64,000 nt of DNA from a bacterium (GTDB lineage Bacteria; Patescibacteriota; Patescibacteriia; Patescibacteriales; UBA12465): contig DAOMZR010000002.1 of assembly GCA_035400585.1 (NCBI GenBank), positions 145,121 to 209,120 on the forward strand. Reading direction: 5' to 3'. The position numbers and the translations under genes are program-made. Below, piece by piece: positions 1 to 11,200 of the stretch. How positions within the stretch are numbered: position 1 is the stretch's first letter; each line of letters starts with the position of its first letter. The notes below the pieces were generated by a model. It was not told the origin of the DNA. It saw only the letters and a list, made by a program, of their open reading frames with translations, and ran no database searches.

Positions 1-421
1 CAACCAGCCCACCAACAATCACCGTCCAAACTGGAATTAAATACCATCTTAAATCAAAAACAAAAATTATAACCGAAAGAGAAATAATAAATAGATAAAA
101 AAACAATTCTAAAAAAGAAAAACCATGCTTCAAGGAGAGATAATAAGACAGGGCAAACAAAATACCAGTTATTAATTCTACTAGTGGATATTGCCAAGAA
201 ATTTTTTCATCACAAAAACGACATCTGCCTTTTAAAATTATAAAGCTTAGAAGGGGGATGTTGTCATACCATTTAAGTTCTTTGCCACAATTAGGACAGT
301 ATGATCTACCCAAAACAGTCTCCTCTTTGTATAAACGCCAAATCAAACAATTCAAAAAACTACCGATTATCAAGCCAAAAGCAAACATAAAAAAAATAAA
401 AAACAATTCCATTGTTAACAT
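1..421 (-). CDS. pilD: Type IV prepilin peptidase (A24 family), partial; the C-terminus runs off the window start
   Basis: The reverse-complement translation begins MLTMELFFIFFMFAFGLIIGSFLNCLIWRLYKEE..CPNCGKELKWYDNIPLLSF..GRCRFCDEKISWQYPLVEL. This has the GSFLN, CPxC and GRCRxC signatures of prepilin peptidases. ATG is at 421..419. Confidence 0.6.
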   Translation of the reverse strand, partial: MLTMELFFIFFMFAFGLIIGSFLNCLIWRLYKEETVLGRSYCPNCGKELKWYDNIPLLSFIILKGRCRFCDEKISWQYPLVELITGILFALSYYLSLKHGFSFLELFFYLFIISLSVIIFVFDLRWYLIPVWTVIVGGLV

Positions 422-443
422 ATATTTAAAATAAATTATATTA

Positions 444-2456
444 CTATTTTACACCATTATTATTAATTTTAAAATGAACACTGTTAATTTCGTAATCAAT
501 TAAACTTTTGTAATATATTAAACGATTACGACTAACATCACTTTCTATTTCACCACCTGGAAGCAGGCTGCTTACTTTATAAAACAGATTTAAAGATTCT
601 TCTAATTTATTAAAAATTATTTTATGTCTAGCATAATTAAGATAAAGATCGGGAAAGTTGGATGATTTTAAAATTAATTCCAAGAACTTATCTTCCGACT
701 TTTTTTCTTCACCTAAAACAGAAAATATTTTACTCTCAGCAAAATTCAAAAAAAACGAATTGCTATTACTTAAAATCTTTCTTTTTTCTATTCTGTTTAA
801 AACATTTTCTAGTTCTTTTTTGGCCAAATAATCCATTGATTTTTCGTAAAAATATCCTCTAGTATAGTTGCCAAAAATAGTATCCACCAAATAATAAGCA
901 TAATCATCATACATATAGCCCTTTTTATCTATATAGGAAAACATCAATATTCCTTCGCCAAACTTCCCCTGGCTTAAATATCTTTTTGCTTGAAAAAAAT
1001 AGTAATCATTAGTCAAAAAATCTGCCTGTTTTTTAATGCCAAAAATCGAAATAAATAATACTAAAATGAAAAACAAATATTTTAACAAAATAAATTTTTG
1101 TTTTTTATTGTAATCATCATTTTTGTCAGCCACAAACAAATCAGGGAAAAATATTTTAACATTTAAAACAATAGAAATTGATAATAAAACTAAAAACAAA
1201 ACAACAGAAGTTAGCGATGAAAAATTAAACTGCAAAAAAACAAAATAAGCCAAAAACGAAGACGACAAAGCAACGTTTAATTCCTTGTTGTCACTCTTAT
1301 TAATATTTTTTAATAACAATTTTGTTAATTGAAAAACAAGGAATATAAAAAAAACAAAACCAAAAACGCCCAGGGTTAATAAAACATCTAAAAAAACATT
1401 GTGTGATCTATCAAAAACAACGTTAACAACATTAAATTTACCCCAATCTTTCTCATAGTGAACAATCAAGGCTTCTCTCTGATTTTCCAGGCCGTGCCCT
1501 AAAGGCCTTTTTAAAAAAGCCTCAAAAGCTTTAGGCCACAACAGAGATCTGGAGGCCGTACTTCCGGAGTCAAAATTAAAAGAAGACAACACTCTCTGCT
1601 TAAAATCATTACTAACTGAAAATAAAAGCGAAAATAATAACAAAAAAGCAAAAAACGAAGTATAAAAAATTCTTTTATTATTTTTAAAATACAAAACCGC
1701 TAAATAAAAAATAAGACCAACGACAAAACCCAACCAAGCAGAGCGACTTCCTGAAAAAAATAAAGCAATTAGTTCAGAAGCAAAAACTAATAAATAAAAG
1801 CCTTTGCTTAAAAAACTTTTTTTCGATTTAAGTAGATAAAACGAAATTGGTAAAATTAAAATTAAAAACAAACCAAGAGAATTGGGCTGTCCGAGAGAAG
1901 AAAATGATCGACCAGTTAAACGAGCTGGCTCCGTCCATTGAAAAAAGTCAAGACCAAAAAATTGAAAAATAGCATAAATTGAAACAAAAAAACCAGAGAG
2001 AGTAATAGTAAAGAAGATTCTAAACATTCTGTTTTTATAATTATTAGAAATAATAATATCTACAACCAAAAAAACAAAAAATAGTAACAACAACAAATAA
2101 TTTAACCAGCCAAATTGCCTATCCAATGAACCATAAAAGGCCGCATAACGATCAATCGACCACATAATAGACAGCAAGGAAAAAATCAAAAAAACAAAAA
2201 CTGGCCAAAAATAGTTTTTAAATAAAATAAAAAAAATATTTTTAAATCTATTAAAATCGCTTACAAAAATCAACTTTAAGGAAGAAAATAACAGTAAAAC
2301 AAAAAACAAAGAACGAAAAATAAAAAACTTATGAAATTCAAATATTTCGTTTGTTTCTAAATAAAAACAGAAATAAAGAGGAACACAAAATATTATTAAC
2401 AAAAACAAGCCCTCTACCAAAAAATTTAAAAATTTACCGATATTAAATTTACTCAT
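444..2456 (-). CDS. Polytopic membrane protein, O-antigen ligase (Wzy_C)-like, with a C-terminal soluble domain
   Basis: The 670-aa ORF has about 10 or more TM helices. The GSRSAWLGFVVGL motif is typical of the O-antigen ligase/Wzy_C family. The family assignment is from the motif only. Confidence 0.45.
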   Translation of the reverse strand: MSKFNIGKFLNFLVEGLFLLIIFCVPLYFCFYLETNEIFEFHKFFIFRSLFFVLLLFSSLKLIFVSDFNRFKNIFFILFKNYFWPVFVFLIFSLLSIMWSIDRYAAFYGSLDRQFGWLNYLLLLLFFVFLVVDIIISNNYKNRMFRIFFTITLSGFFVSIYAIFQFFGLDFFQWTEPARLTGRSFSSLGQPNSLGLFLILILPISFYLLKSKKSFLSKGFYLLVFASELIALFFSGSRSAWLGFVVGLIFYLAVLYFKNNKRIFYTSFFAFLLLFSLLFSVSNDFKQRVLSSFNFDSGSTASRSLLWPKAFEAFLKRPLGHGLENQREALIVHYEKDWGKFNVVNVVFDRSHNVFLDVLLTLGVFGFVFFIFLVFQLTKLLLKNINKSDNKELNVALSSSFLAYFVFLQFNFSSLTSVVLFLVLLSISIVLNVKIFFPDLFVADKNDDYNKKQKFILLKYLFFILVLFISIFGIKKQADFLTNDYYFFQAKRYLSQGKFGEGILMFSYIDKKGYMYDDYAYYLVDTIFGNYTRGYFYEKSMDYLAKKELENVLNRIEKRKILSNSNSFFLNFAESKIFSVLGEEKKSEDKFLELILKSSNFPDLYLNYARHKIIFNKLEESLNLFYKVSSLLPGGEIESDVSRNRLIYYKSLIDYEINSVHFKINNNGVK

Positions 2457-2524
2457 ATATTTAATTATAACAAAAAGGACGAAAATTATAAAATTTTCGT
2501 CCTAAATAAGAAAAGCAAGTCAAT

Positions 2525-3466
2525 TTATTTTCTTCTTTTATCAAACATAACCAACAGAGAGCTAGCAATAAAAATAGAGCTATAAGTACCAACAAAAATT
2601 CCAATTGATAAAGCCAAGACAAAATCCATAATAGTTTTTCCGCCAAAAAATAAGATTGCAAGCAAAACTAGAAGGGTTGTAAAAGAAGTATTGATAGATC
2701 TTACTAAGGTTTGATTTATGCTTTTATCAATTGTGCCCACAAAAGAGTCATCGCTCTTTGGTAAATTTTCTCTAATTCTATCAAAAACGATAATAGTGTC
2801 ATTTACGCTATAGCCTAAAACAGTCAAAATAGCAGCTATAAAGGGGGTATTTATTTCAGTGCCATAAAATTTACCCAAGAAAGCAAAGACACCCAAAACA
2901 ATCAAAACATCATGAAACAAGGCAACTATGGCAGAAATGCCATAATTCCAAGAGGAAACTGGCTTAGAGACTTTTCTGAAAACAAAAGCAACATATAAAA
3001 TAATTAGAATCAAAACTATAGCAACGGTGTTAAAAGACTTACTTTTTAACTCCTTACCGATTGATGGTCCAACAGAATCAAAACGAAGTTCTTCAAAAAA
3101 AGTTTTAGCTTCTCCTTCATCGGTCTGATCAACGCTTGAACTATTCAAATCAAGAGCGTATTGATTTAGTCTTTCAAAAACTAAATCATGAGTACCATTG
3201 TCAATTTGTTTAAACTTAAGAATAAATGTTCCGTCTTCTGTCGGCTGAACAGATAAACTGCTTAAATTTAAATCATTCAATTTGTCCCTGATTTCAAACG
3301 CGCTAGGACTATTTTCTGAAAATTTTACTTCCATCAAACTGCCACCTGTGAAATCTATACCAAAATTAAAACCCCAAAGAAAAATAAAAACCATTGAGGT
3401 CGCCATCAATAAGGCAGATAAAGATAGCCAAATTTTTCTATTTTTTACAACTTTTAAATTCACCAT
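2525..3466 (-). CDS. secF: Protein translocase subunit SecF
   Basis: The 313-aa ORF has FGIDFTGGSLMEVKF and C-terminal TM helices characteristic of SecF. It lies directly downstream of secD. Confidence 0.85.
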   Translation of the reverse strand: MVNLKVVKNRKIWLSLSALLMATSMVFIFLWGFNFGIDFTGGSLMEVKFSENSPSAFEIRDKLNDLNLSSLSVQPTEDGTFILKFKQIDNGTHDLVFERLNQYALDLNSSSVDQTDEGEAKTFFEELRFDSVGPSIGKELKSKSFNTVAIVLILIILYVAFVFRKVSKPVSSWNYGISAIVALFHDVLIVLGVFAFLGKFYGTEINTPFIAAILTVLGYSVNDTIIVFDRIRENLPKSDDSFVGTIDKSINQTLVRSINTSFTTLLVLLAILFFGGKTIMDFVLALSIGIFVGTYSSIFIASSLLVMFDKRRK

Positions 3467-3482
3467 ATTGTTAAAATATTAA

Positions 3483-5417
3483 TTAATTTTTATCTTTTAT
3501 TTTAACGCCAAACAAGAATCCCATTTTTTCCATCTTTTTTCCCAAGAAAACCAACAAAAAGCTTCTGGTTATTACTATAGCGCTAAACATTGAAATTGAA
3601 ACACCAATGAATAAGGTTGTTCCGAATCCTTTTAAAACACCGGTTCCAAAGCTCATTAAAACCAAACACATTAGCAAAGTAGAAAAATTTCCATCTCTAA
3701 TCGAAGGCCAAGCACGTCTAGTTCCCTCGTCGACCGCATCCCTTAAACTTCTTCCCGATCTTACCTCTTCCTTAATTCTTTCAAATATTAAAACATTGGC
3801 ATCAACAGCCATTCCAATTGATAAAATAAAACCAGCAACACCGGCTAAAGTAAGAGTAACTGAATTTAATCCATAAACAAACAAAACAACTCCGATAGCG
3901 ACAAACAATATAGTAAGAGGAAAATCTAGTATTTTTAATTCATCAAAAGCCATCAAAATTAAAGCTACAAAAAGCAATCCAAAAGTCAAAGAAAAAGCTA
4001 AAGGCAAAGCTTTAAAAATGGCCAAAACACTTAAACCATAAATAATAAGAGAAAATACTGATGATAAACCAAAAAATCTATAAAATATCAACATGAACAA
4101 GGCCACTAAGATAATACCTATAATTCCAGCCTCTAAACTGTCAACAATAGATTGATGTCCTAAGGTAGCTCCCACTGTTTTTTGATTAATAAGTTCTATC
4201 GGAACTGGTAGAGCGCCAGCCTTCAATCTTTGCACCAACTCTTTGGCTTCATCAATAGTAAAATTACCACTAATAACTGCTTTTCCACCGGAAATTTTTT
4301 CATTAACATTAGGAACACTAATTGGATAATCATCTAAATAAATAGCTACTGGTCGACCAACATTTCTTTCTGTTATTTGTTCAAACAATTGTGAACCTTC
4401 TTCATCAAACTCCAAAGAAACTTCCGGTCGATTGTCATTAGGATTAAATTGCAAGACAGCTCTTTTCAGATTTTTTCCAGTTAATTCAGTATTCTTCCAG
4501 TTTTCTGACATACTTTTCAAATAATCTTCTGTCATTTTAATCAAAGCTATTTCTCGAACCTTGTATTCTTGTAATTTGGATTCTTCACCCATTCTTTTGT
4601 CTTCCAGTTTTAAAACTTTAATAAAGTTTTCATTTTCAAAAACACTAGAAATTTGGCCAACAGATAAATCTTTTACTAAATTATAGTTTTCTGGATCATT
4701 TTCGTTTATCCAGCCCAAATCGCCATTATTTTCTGTACCAGGAGAATTTGGATCATCAGAAACTTTAAGAGGGGTATTGTTGGCAATGGCTAATTGAGCA
4801 AAATCATTACCTTCATTTATTTTTTGTAATATTTCATCCATTTTAGTTTGAAGGCCTTGATTGTAATTATTCATCAAACTTAAAGATTGTTCGTCAATGC
4901 TAATATTTTCAGTATCTTGCTCTTTAAATTCCAATTTAGGAGTTTCGCCAATTTCCTTAATAGCATCATCTACATTTTTAATTCCAGCCAATTCAACTAT
5001 AATTCGATAATCATTATCTATGGTCTTGTTAATTTGAATTACCGGCTCACTAACACCAAAAGTATTCACCCTTCTTTCAATAACATCCCTAACGCCATCT
5101 AGTAAATCGTCTTTATCGGCATCGCTAATATTAGAAACATCGGCCTGATAAATTAATTGAGAGCCGCCTTGAAGATCCAATCCTAATCTGAATTGATTTT
5201 CTTTAATTTTTGGCAAAACAATAGTATTGCTAGTTTTTTCTGCTAGCCATGAAGAAAAAGCATTATACTTATAGTCTCCAATTTGGATAGCAACCAATAA
5301 AAAGAAAACGACCACTAAACCGAATATCCAGCCATTCTTTTTTTTGCTGGAAAAAAAACTTATTTTTTGTTTAGACATAATATATAGATAACTTATTATT
5401 TTAAAATCTAAAAACAA
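3483..5417 (-). CDS. secD: Protein translocase subunit SecD with a parvulin-like insert in the periplasmic P1 head
   Basis: The 644-aa ORF has LGLDLQGGSQLIYQAD, a VELAG..LEFK base, ..ISGG.AVISG..ALPVPIE and six C-terminal TM helices. Residues about 170-275 read INEGNDFAQLA..NGDLGWI..ENFIKVLKL, which resembles PpiC. Confidence 0.85.
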   Translation of the reverse strand: MFLDFKIISYLYIMSKQKISFFSSKKKNGWIFGLVVVFFLLVAIQIGDYKYNAFSSWLAEKTSNTIVLPKIKENQFRLGLDLQGGSQLIYQADVSNISDADKDDLLDGVRDVIERRVNTFGVSEPVIQINKTIDNDYRIIVELAGIKNVDDAIKEIGETPKLEFKEQDTENISIDEQSLSLMNNYNQGLQTKMDEILQKINEGNDFAQLAIANNTPLKVSDDPNSPGTENNGDLGWINENDPENYNLVKDLSVGQISSVFENENFIKVLKLEDKRMGEESKLQEYKVREIALIKMTEDYLKSMSENWKNTELTGKNLKRAVLQFNPNDNRPEVSLEFDEEGSQLFEQITERNVGRPVAIYLDDYPISVPNVNEKISGGKAVISGNFTIDEAKELVQRLKAGALPVPIELINQKTVGATLGHQSIVDSLEAGIIGIILVALFMLIFYRFFGLSSVFSLIIYGLSVLAIFKALPLAFSLTFGLLFVALILMAFDELKILDFPLTILFVAIGVVLFVYGLNSVTLTLAGVAGFILSIGMAVDANVLIFERIKEEVRSGRSLRDAVDEGTRRAWPSIRDGNFSTLLMCLVLMSFGTGVLKGFGTTLFIGVSISMFSAIVITRSFLLVFLGKKMEKMGFLFGVKIKDKN

Positions 5418-5570
5418 GACTAAAAACAGGTTAAAACACCTGTCTTTCTAATATACTATATTAAAAGAAGATAAAAATCAAGGGTTTCCCTGGTTGTAAA
5501 AGTGGATAATTTGTGTTAAAATACAAAATGAAATTATATCTAAGATTTCATTAAAAACTAATAAAAAAAT

Positions 5571-6149
5571 ATGACTTTAATACCAACGGTTATTGAAAAA
5601 AGCAGTCAGGGAGAAAGGGCTTACGACATTTATTCCAGACTATTAAAAGATAGGATAGTTTTTCTGGGCGAACAAATAAATGATTACACCGCCAATATTA
5701 TAATTGCTCAGTTACTATTTTTAGATGCCGAAGACAAAACAAAAGATATAAAATTTTACATTAATTCACCTGGTGGATCGGTTGTGGCTGGTTTAGCTAT
5801 TTATGATACAATGCAGTATGTAAAATGTGATGTTTCTACTATCTGCGTGGGAATGGCCGCTTCTATGGCTTCAATTCTTTTGGCAGCCGGGACTCCAGGC
5901 AAAAGAATGTCTTTGCCTAACAGTGAAATAATGATTCATCAAGTTATGGGTGGTTTTGAAGGCCAAGCTAGCGACATCAAAATACACGCCGAACACATAA
6001 TAAAAATAAAGGACAAAATGAATAGAATTTTAGCAAAACATACCGGGCGAAAAATTACAGAAATTGAGAAAGATAGTGACCGAGATTATTTTATGGGGGC
6101 TGAAGAGGCTAAAAAATACGGAATAATTGATAAAATAATCACAAAATAA
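5571..6149 (+). CDS. clpP: ATP-dependent Clp protease proteolytic subunit
   Basis: The 192-aa ORF contains [38 protein letters not shown] and [14 protein letters not shown], which carries the catalytic Ser. Confidence 0.9.
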   Translation: MTLIPTVIEKSSQGERAYDIYSRLLKDRIVFLGEQINDYTANIIIAQLLFLDAEDKTKDIKFYINSPGGSVVAGLAIYDTMQYVKCDVSTICVGMAASMASILLAAGTPGKRMSLPNSEIMIHQVMGGFEGQASDIKIHAEHIIKIKDKMNRILAKHTGRKITEIEKDSDRDYFMGAEEAKKYGIIDKIITK

Positions 6150-6176
6150 TATTGAAAAGATTGTTAAGATAAACAA

Positions 6177-6212
6177 AAAAAGACCAAAATATTTGGTCTT
6201 TTTTTTATTTTT
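6177..6212. terminator. Bidirectional rho-independent terminator between convergent clpP and the 375-aa gene
   Basis: The hairpin AGACCAAATATTTGGTCT sits between an A-run and a T-run (aaaaaagaccaaaatatttggtctttttttt). Confidence 0.45.
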
Positions 6213-6224
6213 AAAATCAAACCG

Positions 6225-7352
6225 TTATTTCAATTTAAAGGAGTTAATCATCATTCTAAAAATATTATAATAACTAGCCATTTTATTTTCTGGAAAACTA
6301 TAAACTATACTATAAACATTTTCTTTTTTATCATCGGTTAAATAAAATGAGTAAAAGTCAGAACTATAGACGCCAGACCAACCTTCTTTTTCTATAACTG
6401 ACAAAGAATCAGCCACTTCAAAGAATCTAGAAAAATACCAAGACTCTATATTTTTCTTATCTTCATTTTTTTCAACTAAAACTTGAATAAATGAACTATC
6501 ATCGATTAAGAAAATAACCGAGGTGCCATCGGACAGAGCTTTAATTTCAAATTTTTTAGGATAAAAAATATCATAAGAAAATGAACCGTTTGAATGCTTG
6601 TCAATGTTCGGATTGGTTGATATAGCCCCCTGACCAGCTGGATTGTATAAATTAGTAAGCTCTGTTAAATCATCATAACCATCGCTATCACTGTCTACAC
6701 TAATATTATTAGTGCCCAAAAGACTTTCCTCGTCATCGTTCAAACCGTCACCATCAGTATCTGAAAAAGAATCAAACATAATAACATCATCTTGATTGAT
6801 GTTTTCTTCAGTTGTTGTGTTGGTTTCATCGGAAGTGTCTGTATTAATTATATCACTTGAACTAGCAACGTCTGTTTCGTCAATAAAGGGCAACTCATCA
6901 ATTTCATTTTGCTCATTTGATTGTTCTTCTATAGTGTTTTCTTCCGAGATATTTTTGTTTTCCAGTTCTTCACTTACAATATTATTATTGGTTTTATTAA
7001 TGTTTGATAAAAAACTAAATGAAGGCATTTTCAGAGAAAAATTTTGAGGATCTTTAATATAAGAAAAAACTGCATAGGCCAAAAAGGCGACGATAATAAC
7101 ACCAAAAAAAACAATTAAAAAACCGATTTTTTTCCCTTGATGTTTTTTTTCTTGTTGATTTTTTTCTTCCAAAACTGATCCTGAAAAATTGTCTGCTGAA
7201 TCACTTTTTTTAACAGCTGTTTCGAACCTTCCTGACTTATAACCCTTTGGCATTCTGTGAACATTAAAAACAGGATTTTTAATTTGTTTTTTTTCAGAAT
7301 CAACTGAACCATCGCTAGAATTTTCCTTCTTTAAGTTCTTATCATCAATCAT
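6225..7352 (-). CDS. Membrane-anchored protein with an acidic region carrying thrombospondin type-3-like Ca-binding repeats
   Basis: The 375-aa ORF has a single TM (GFLIVFFGVIIVAFLAYAVF), an extracellular D/E-rich region with DTDGDGLNDDEE and DSDSDGYDD, and a C-terminal globular domain. It is a paralog of the adjacent 263-aa protein. Confidence 0.55.
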   Translation of the reverse strand: MIDDKNLKKENSSDGSVDSEKKQIKNPVFNVHRMPKGYKSGRFETAVKKSDSADNFSGSVLEEKNQQEKKHQGKKIGFLIVFFGVIIVAFLAYAVFSYIKDPQNFSLKMPSFSFLSNINKTNNNIVSEELENKNISEENTIEEQSNEQNEIDELPFIDETDVASSSDIINTDTSDETNTTTEENINQDDVIMFDSFSDTDGDGLNDDEESLLGTNNISVDSDSDGYDDLTELTNLYNPAGQGAISTNPNIDKHSNGSFSYDIFYPKKFEIKALSDGTSVIFLIDDSSFIQVLVEKNEDKKNIESWYFSRFFEVADSLSVIEKEGWSGVYSSDFYSFYLTDDKKENVYSIVYSFPENKMASYYNIFRMMINSFKLK

Positions 7353-7363
7353 AAATAATAAAA

Positions 7364-8155
7364 TTAAAGACTAAATTTTTCTACTAAATTTGAAAATTTT
7401 TGTTTAAACATCTCTAAATTTTTAAATAAAGAAGTATCTATAACGCCACCACCCAATGGATTGTAGCCACTGTTCATCTCTTGTCCATCAAGATAAGTGT
7501 CCCCGTCTGTGTCTTGGTTTAATGGATCGGTTCCAATTATCAATACTTCTTCAGAGTCGCTTAAACCATCACCATCAGAATCAGGATTATATAAATTGGT
7601 TTTGTAAGTGTATGTTTCGTCGTAATCACTAAGGCCATCGTTGTCGGAATCTAAGTTTTTTAAAACATCTTCTGGTGATGGTTCGTCGCCCATAATATCG
7701 TCACTACTCGTTGCTTCATTTTCATCTATTAAAATATTTTCGTCGACAACAGTTGAACCTTCTGGTTCTCGATTGTTGTTTTGTTCTTCATTTGTCTCAC
7801 TTTCTTCTTGATTAACATTTTGTTGATTTGTCTGTTCTAATGCTTGTTTGTTTTGCATTGATTTTGGCAGAAGAATCTGAGAATAAACAAAGTAAGCACC
7901 AGCGCCAATCAAGGCAATAACGATTATAAAAATAAACATTTTTTTCAAAATACCGCTGCTCTTTTTTTCATCATCATACAAAGATGAGTTGGAAATTTTT
8001 TCATTTTTCAAGCCGTTGCCTGAACTCATTGCTGGAGGTTGATTATTAATTTGATTTCTAAAATTTTGACCGATATTTTTACTAGCTGAATTTGGATCAG
8101 TGTCGGCAAAAATATCGTCAACTCCGTCCGATTTTTTTTGTAAATTGTCGAACAT
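7364..8155 (-). CDS. Membrane-anchored protein with thrombospondin type-3-like Ca-binding repeats
   Basis: The 263-aa ORF has a single TM (IFIIVIALIGAGAYFVY) followed by DSDNDGLSDYDE, DSDGDGLSDSEE and DTDGDTYLDGQE repeats of the form DxDxDGxxDxxE. Confidence 0.55.
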   Translation of the reverse strand: MFDNLQKKSDGVDDIFADTDPNSASKNIGQNFRNQINNQPPAMSSGNGLKNEKISNSSLYDDEKKSSGILKKMFIFIIVIALIGAGAYFVYSQILLPKSMQNKQALEQTNQQNVNQEESETNEEQNNNREPEGSTVVDENILIDENEATSSDDIMGDEPSPEDVLKNLDSDNDGLSDYDETYTYKTNLYNPDSDGDGLSDSEEVLIIGTDPLNQDTDGDTYLDGQEMNSGYNPLGGGVIDTSLFKNLEMFKQKFSNLVEKFSL

Positions 8156-8234
8156 AAAATTTTTATTAATTTTAACTATTTTTATTAATTAAATTATAGC
8201 ACAAAAGATGTTTATATAAAATAACTTATATAAA

Positions 8235-11200
8235 TTATTGAAAACACATATAAGAACCACCAGAATCGTAACAACCAAAATCAGCATAAACATGTGTGTC
8301 ACTGCTTATAGTAAAAGAACAATAAGGCTGAGAGCCAAAACATGGACCAGTCCAATTTTCAAAAACAGTAGGAGAATATGCTGAAGCTTCTAGGTTAATT
8401 GTTGAACCATTGTTGACAGTATATTCACACATAAAGTCGGTGCAATTTCCTTTATATGAACCATTTTCTTGTACTGAGACATTTGATCCATATTCATAAC
8501 CATTGATAAAAACAGTGAGTGTTCTAGGCATTGAAAGTGTCGTAAAATTAGCAACCAAACTACTGTAAGCAGTGCCGGCGCTGTTTATAGCATAGGCTCT
8601 AACATAATACATTGAACCAGGGGTTAGGCCGGTTATATTAGACGTAAACGCTCCAGTTCCACTACCACTAACAATTTTAGTGCCAGTGCTTGTTGTAGGC
8701 AAAGTACTAGTTTTAGAATAGACAACGCCTCTTTCTGTGACAGTTGCCCCACCATCACTGGTTACATTACCACCCGACACAGCTGATCCGGTAGTAATAC
8801 TGCTGGTCGGAGCAATGGTAACCGTAGGCAAAGTAACCGCGCTAACCCATTTAGCATACAAAGTTATATTAGATGTTTGATTATAAATGGTCGAAGAAGT
8901 ATATCGAGTACCAGTACCATTTATGCCAGTAAACCAATCACTAAACATGCTTCCACTTTTGGTTGGCGTTGGTAAAGTTCCAATGGCGGAATTATAAGTT
9001 ACAATCTTGCTACTTGGTAAAACACTTCCCCCATCAGCGTTAAAAGATATTGTATAAGTATTAGCTGTCCATTTAGCATACAAAGTCACGCTAGCTGTTC
9101 CCATCGTATAACTAGCTCCGTTAGAATAAATAACCGAGCCAGTAGAAGACGTTGCCCAACCAGCAAAAGAATAACCGGGCTTAACAAATTGATTAAGGGT
9201 CAAATTAGCACTAGCCCCACTAATTATAGATTGACTAGCCATAGTTCCAGTAGCTGAAGCGTCATTTTTATCAAAAATAACAGAGTAGGTTATTGGGGTC
9301 CATTTAGCATACAAAGTAACCGGACTAGTTGTCATGTCCCAAGTTCTAGCACTACTCATTGAATTTGTATAATATTGCGAACCCAGACCACCAGTCTGAT
9401 TGTAATAGCCACCGAAAGAATAACCACTTCTTACCGGAGAAATAGCTGTCGGCATAGCCGATCCATAAGTGGCAACAACACTGCCAGTTCCACTGGTTCC
9501 ACCCTGAGAATCTAAATTGACTGTACTTATGAAGGGCGTCCATTTAGCATAAAGTATTAATCCTGTGCTCGGTATTTGAATCACTGCATTTGGCAAATAA
9601 TTAGAACCAGTTCCATCGGTTTTTGTATTCCAACCGACAAAATTATATCCAGTTTTAACCAATCCACCCTGTCCAGCAATTGTTACATTGGTGCCAGTAT
9701 CTCCTGTTTGAGTTGCCGGAGCTGTCCCCCCAGTTTGACCGTTGCCATTGTAACTAACCGATGAAGTCGTTTTGGTTGTAAAAGGAAAAGTTGATCCATA
9801 AACCGTCCCGAAAGAACTAGTGATATAGGATTTAACTGAATATTCTATGCCAGGAAATAAATTAGACATAGTTAAGGAAAAAGATCCAGAACAAGAAGAA
9901 GAAACAACTTTTGTTTCCGAGACAAAATGACTAGAATCATTAGACCAATATATTAAACCGCACTCTGAAATAGATACATTGCTTGGATTTGAGATTGTCC
10001 CACCAGAAGTAGCCGATGAACTAGTTATATTACTTACATTGGTTGTTGATATACTAGGGGCAACTGGCAAAACAAAAGTTTTGGTATCGCTACTAACACC
10101 AACTCTATCTCCATAAGAATCTCTATTCATGGCAAAGGATTTAAAATAATAAGTCACTCCTGGAGTAAATTTGGAGACAGAAACGCCCTTGCTGAAAGTT
10201 CCAATAGCGTAAGGACTGTTGGCTAAAATACAATTATTAACGTTTAAACTACAAGCACCGATGTACGTTTCTAGAGATGAAGCTGAAGTGCTCCAAACAA
10301 AACCCATTGCTAAAATAGCACTACCAGAAACTAAATCACCGCCACCATTGTCTGACAAATATCCACTAAAATTAATATTTCCACTAGCCAAGGTTTGTTG
10401 ATTGACAGTTACAACCGGATAATCAGCTCTAGTTTTAAAACTTTTGGTTGCTCCGTAAGAAATGCCTGCCTGATTAACCGCATAAGCTCTATAATAATAT
10501 AGATAATTTCTAGTTAAATCGGAAAGTGTGTGTATGTAAGAAGAATTGTCGGATATAGATGCTTCATAGCTACAACCATTATTAGACGCACAAGAGGAAA
10601 CATTAGCAATGCTCAAATTTGAAGATGCTGGCGAGGTTACACATCCTCTACCGCCAACATAATTGCCACCAGCAGATATTATGCGCCCGTTGCATTTAAA
10701 AGAATTCGAGGTTACGTCGGAATGAGATACCGTTTCTACCTCCGGTTTAGTAAAAACACTAAAATTATGAGTACCCTCGCTAGACATTCCAAAGCTATTG
10801 GTAATTTTAGCTTTTATGGTTTTTGCCCCCAAAGAATTAGCTACGCCAGATAAAGTTTTATTAGCAGCGCTAAAAGTTAAAAAACTTGGTTTTTCAATTA
10901 TATCTACTGTAATATATTCGCCCGGCTTGCTAGAAGATATCTCACAACTATAATTATTATTTAGAGCCACCGAATTAGAGCAGTTGTTAAAAACTATACT
11001 TGGAACATCGGCTGTAAAAGTAATATTAAAATTAACTGAGGTTTGCGCTTGATGAGGGTCTTTGGCTGTAATTTTAAAACGATGAGTACCAACGTGGCTA
11101 GAATTAAAAACATTAGGAGTGTTTATCGAATATTTGTTTTTAATCACTAAGGAATAGCTCTCTTTATTAGCATCTAAAATAGATAAAACCATTACCAACT

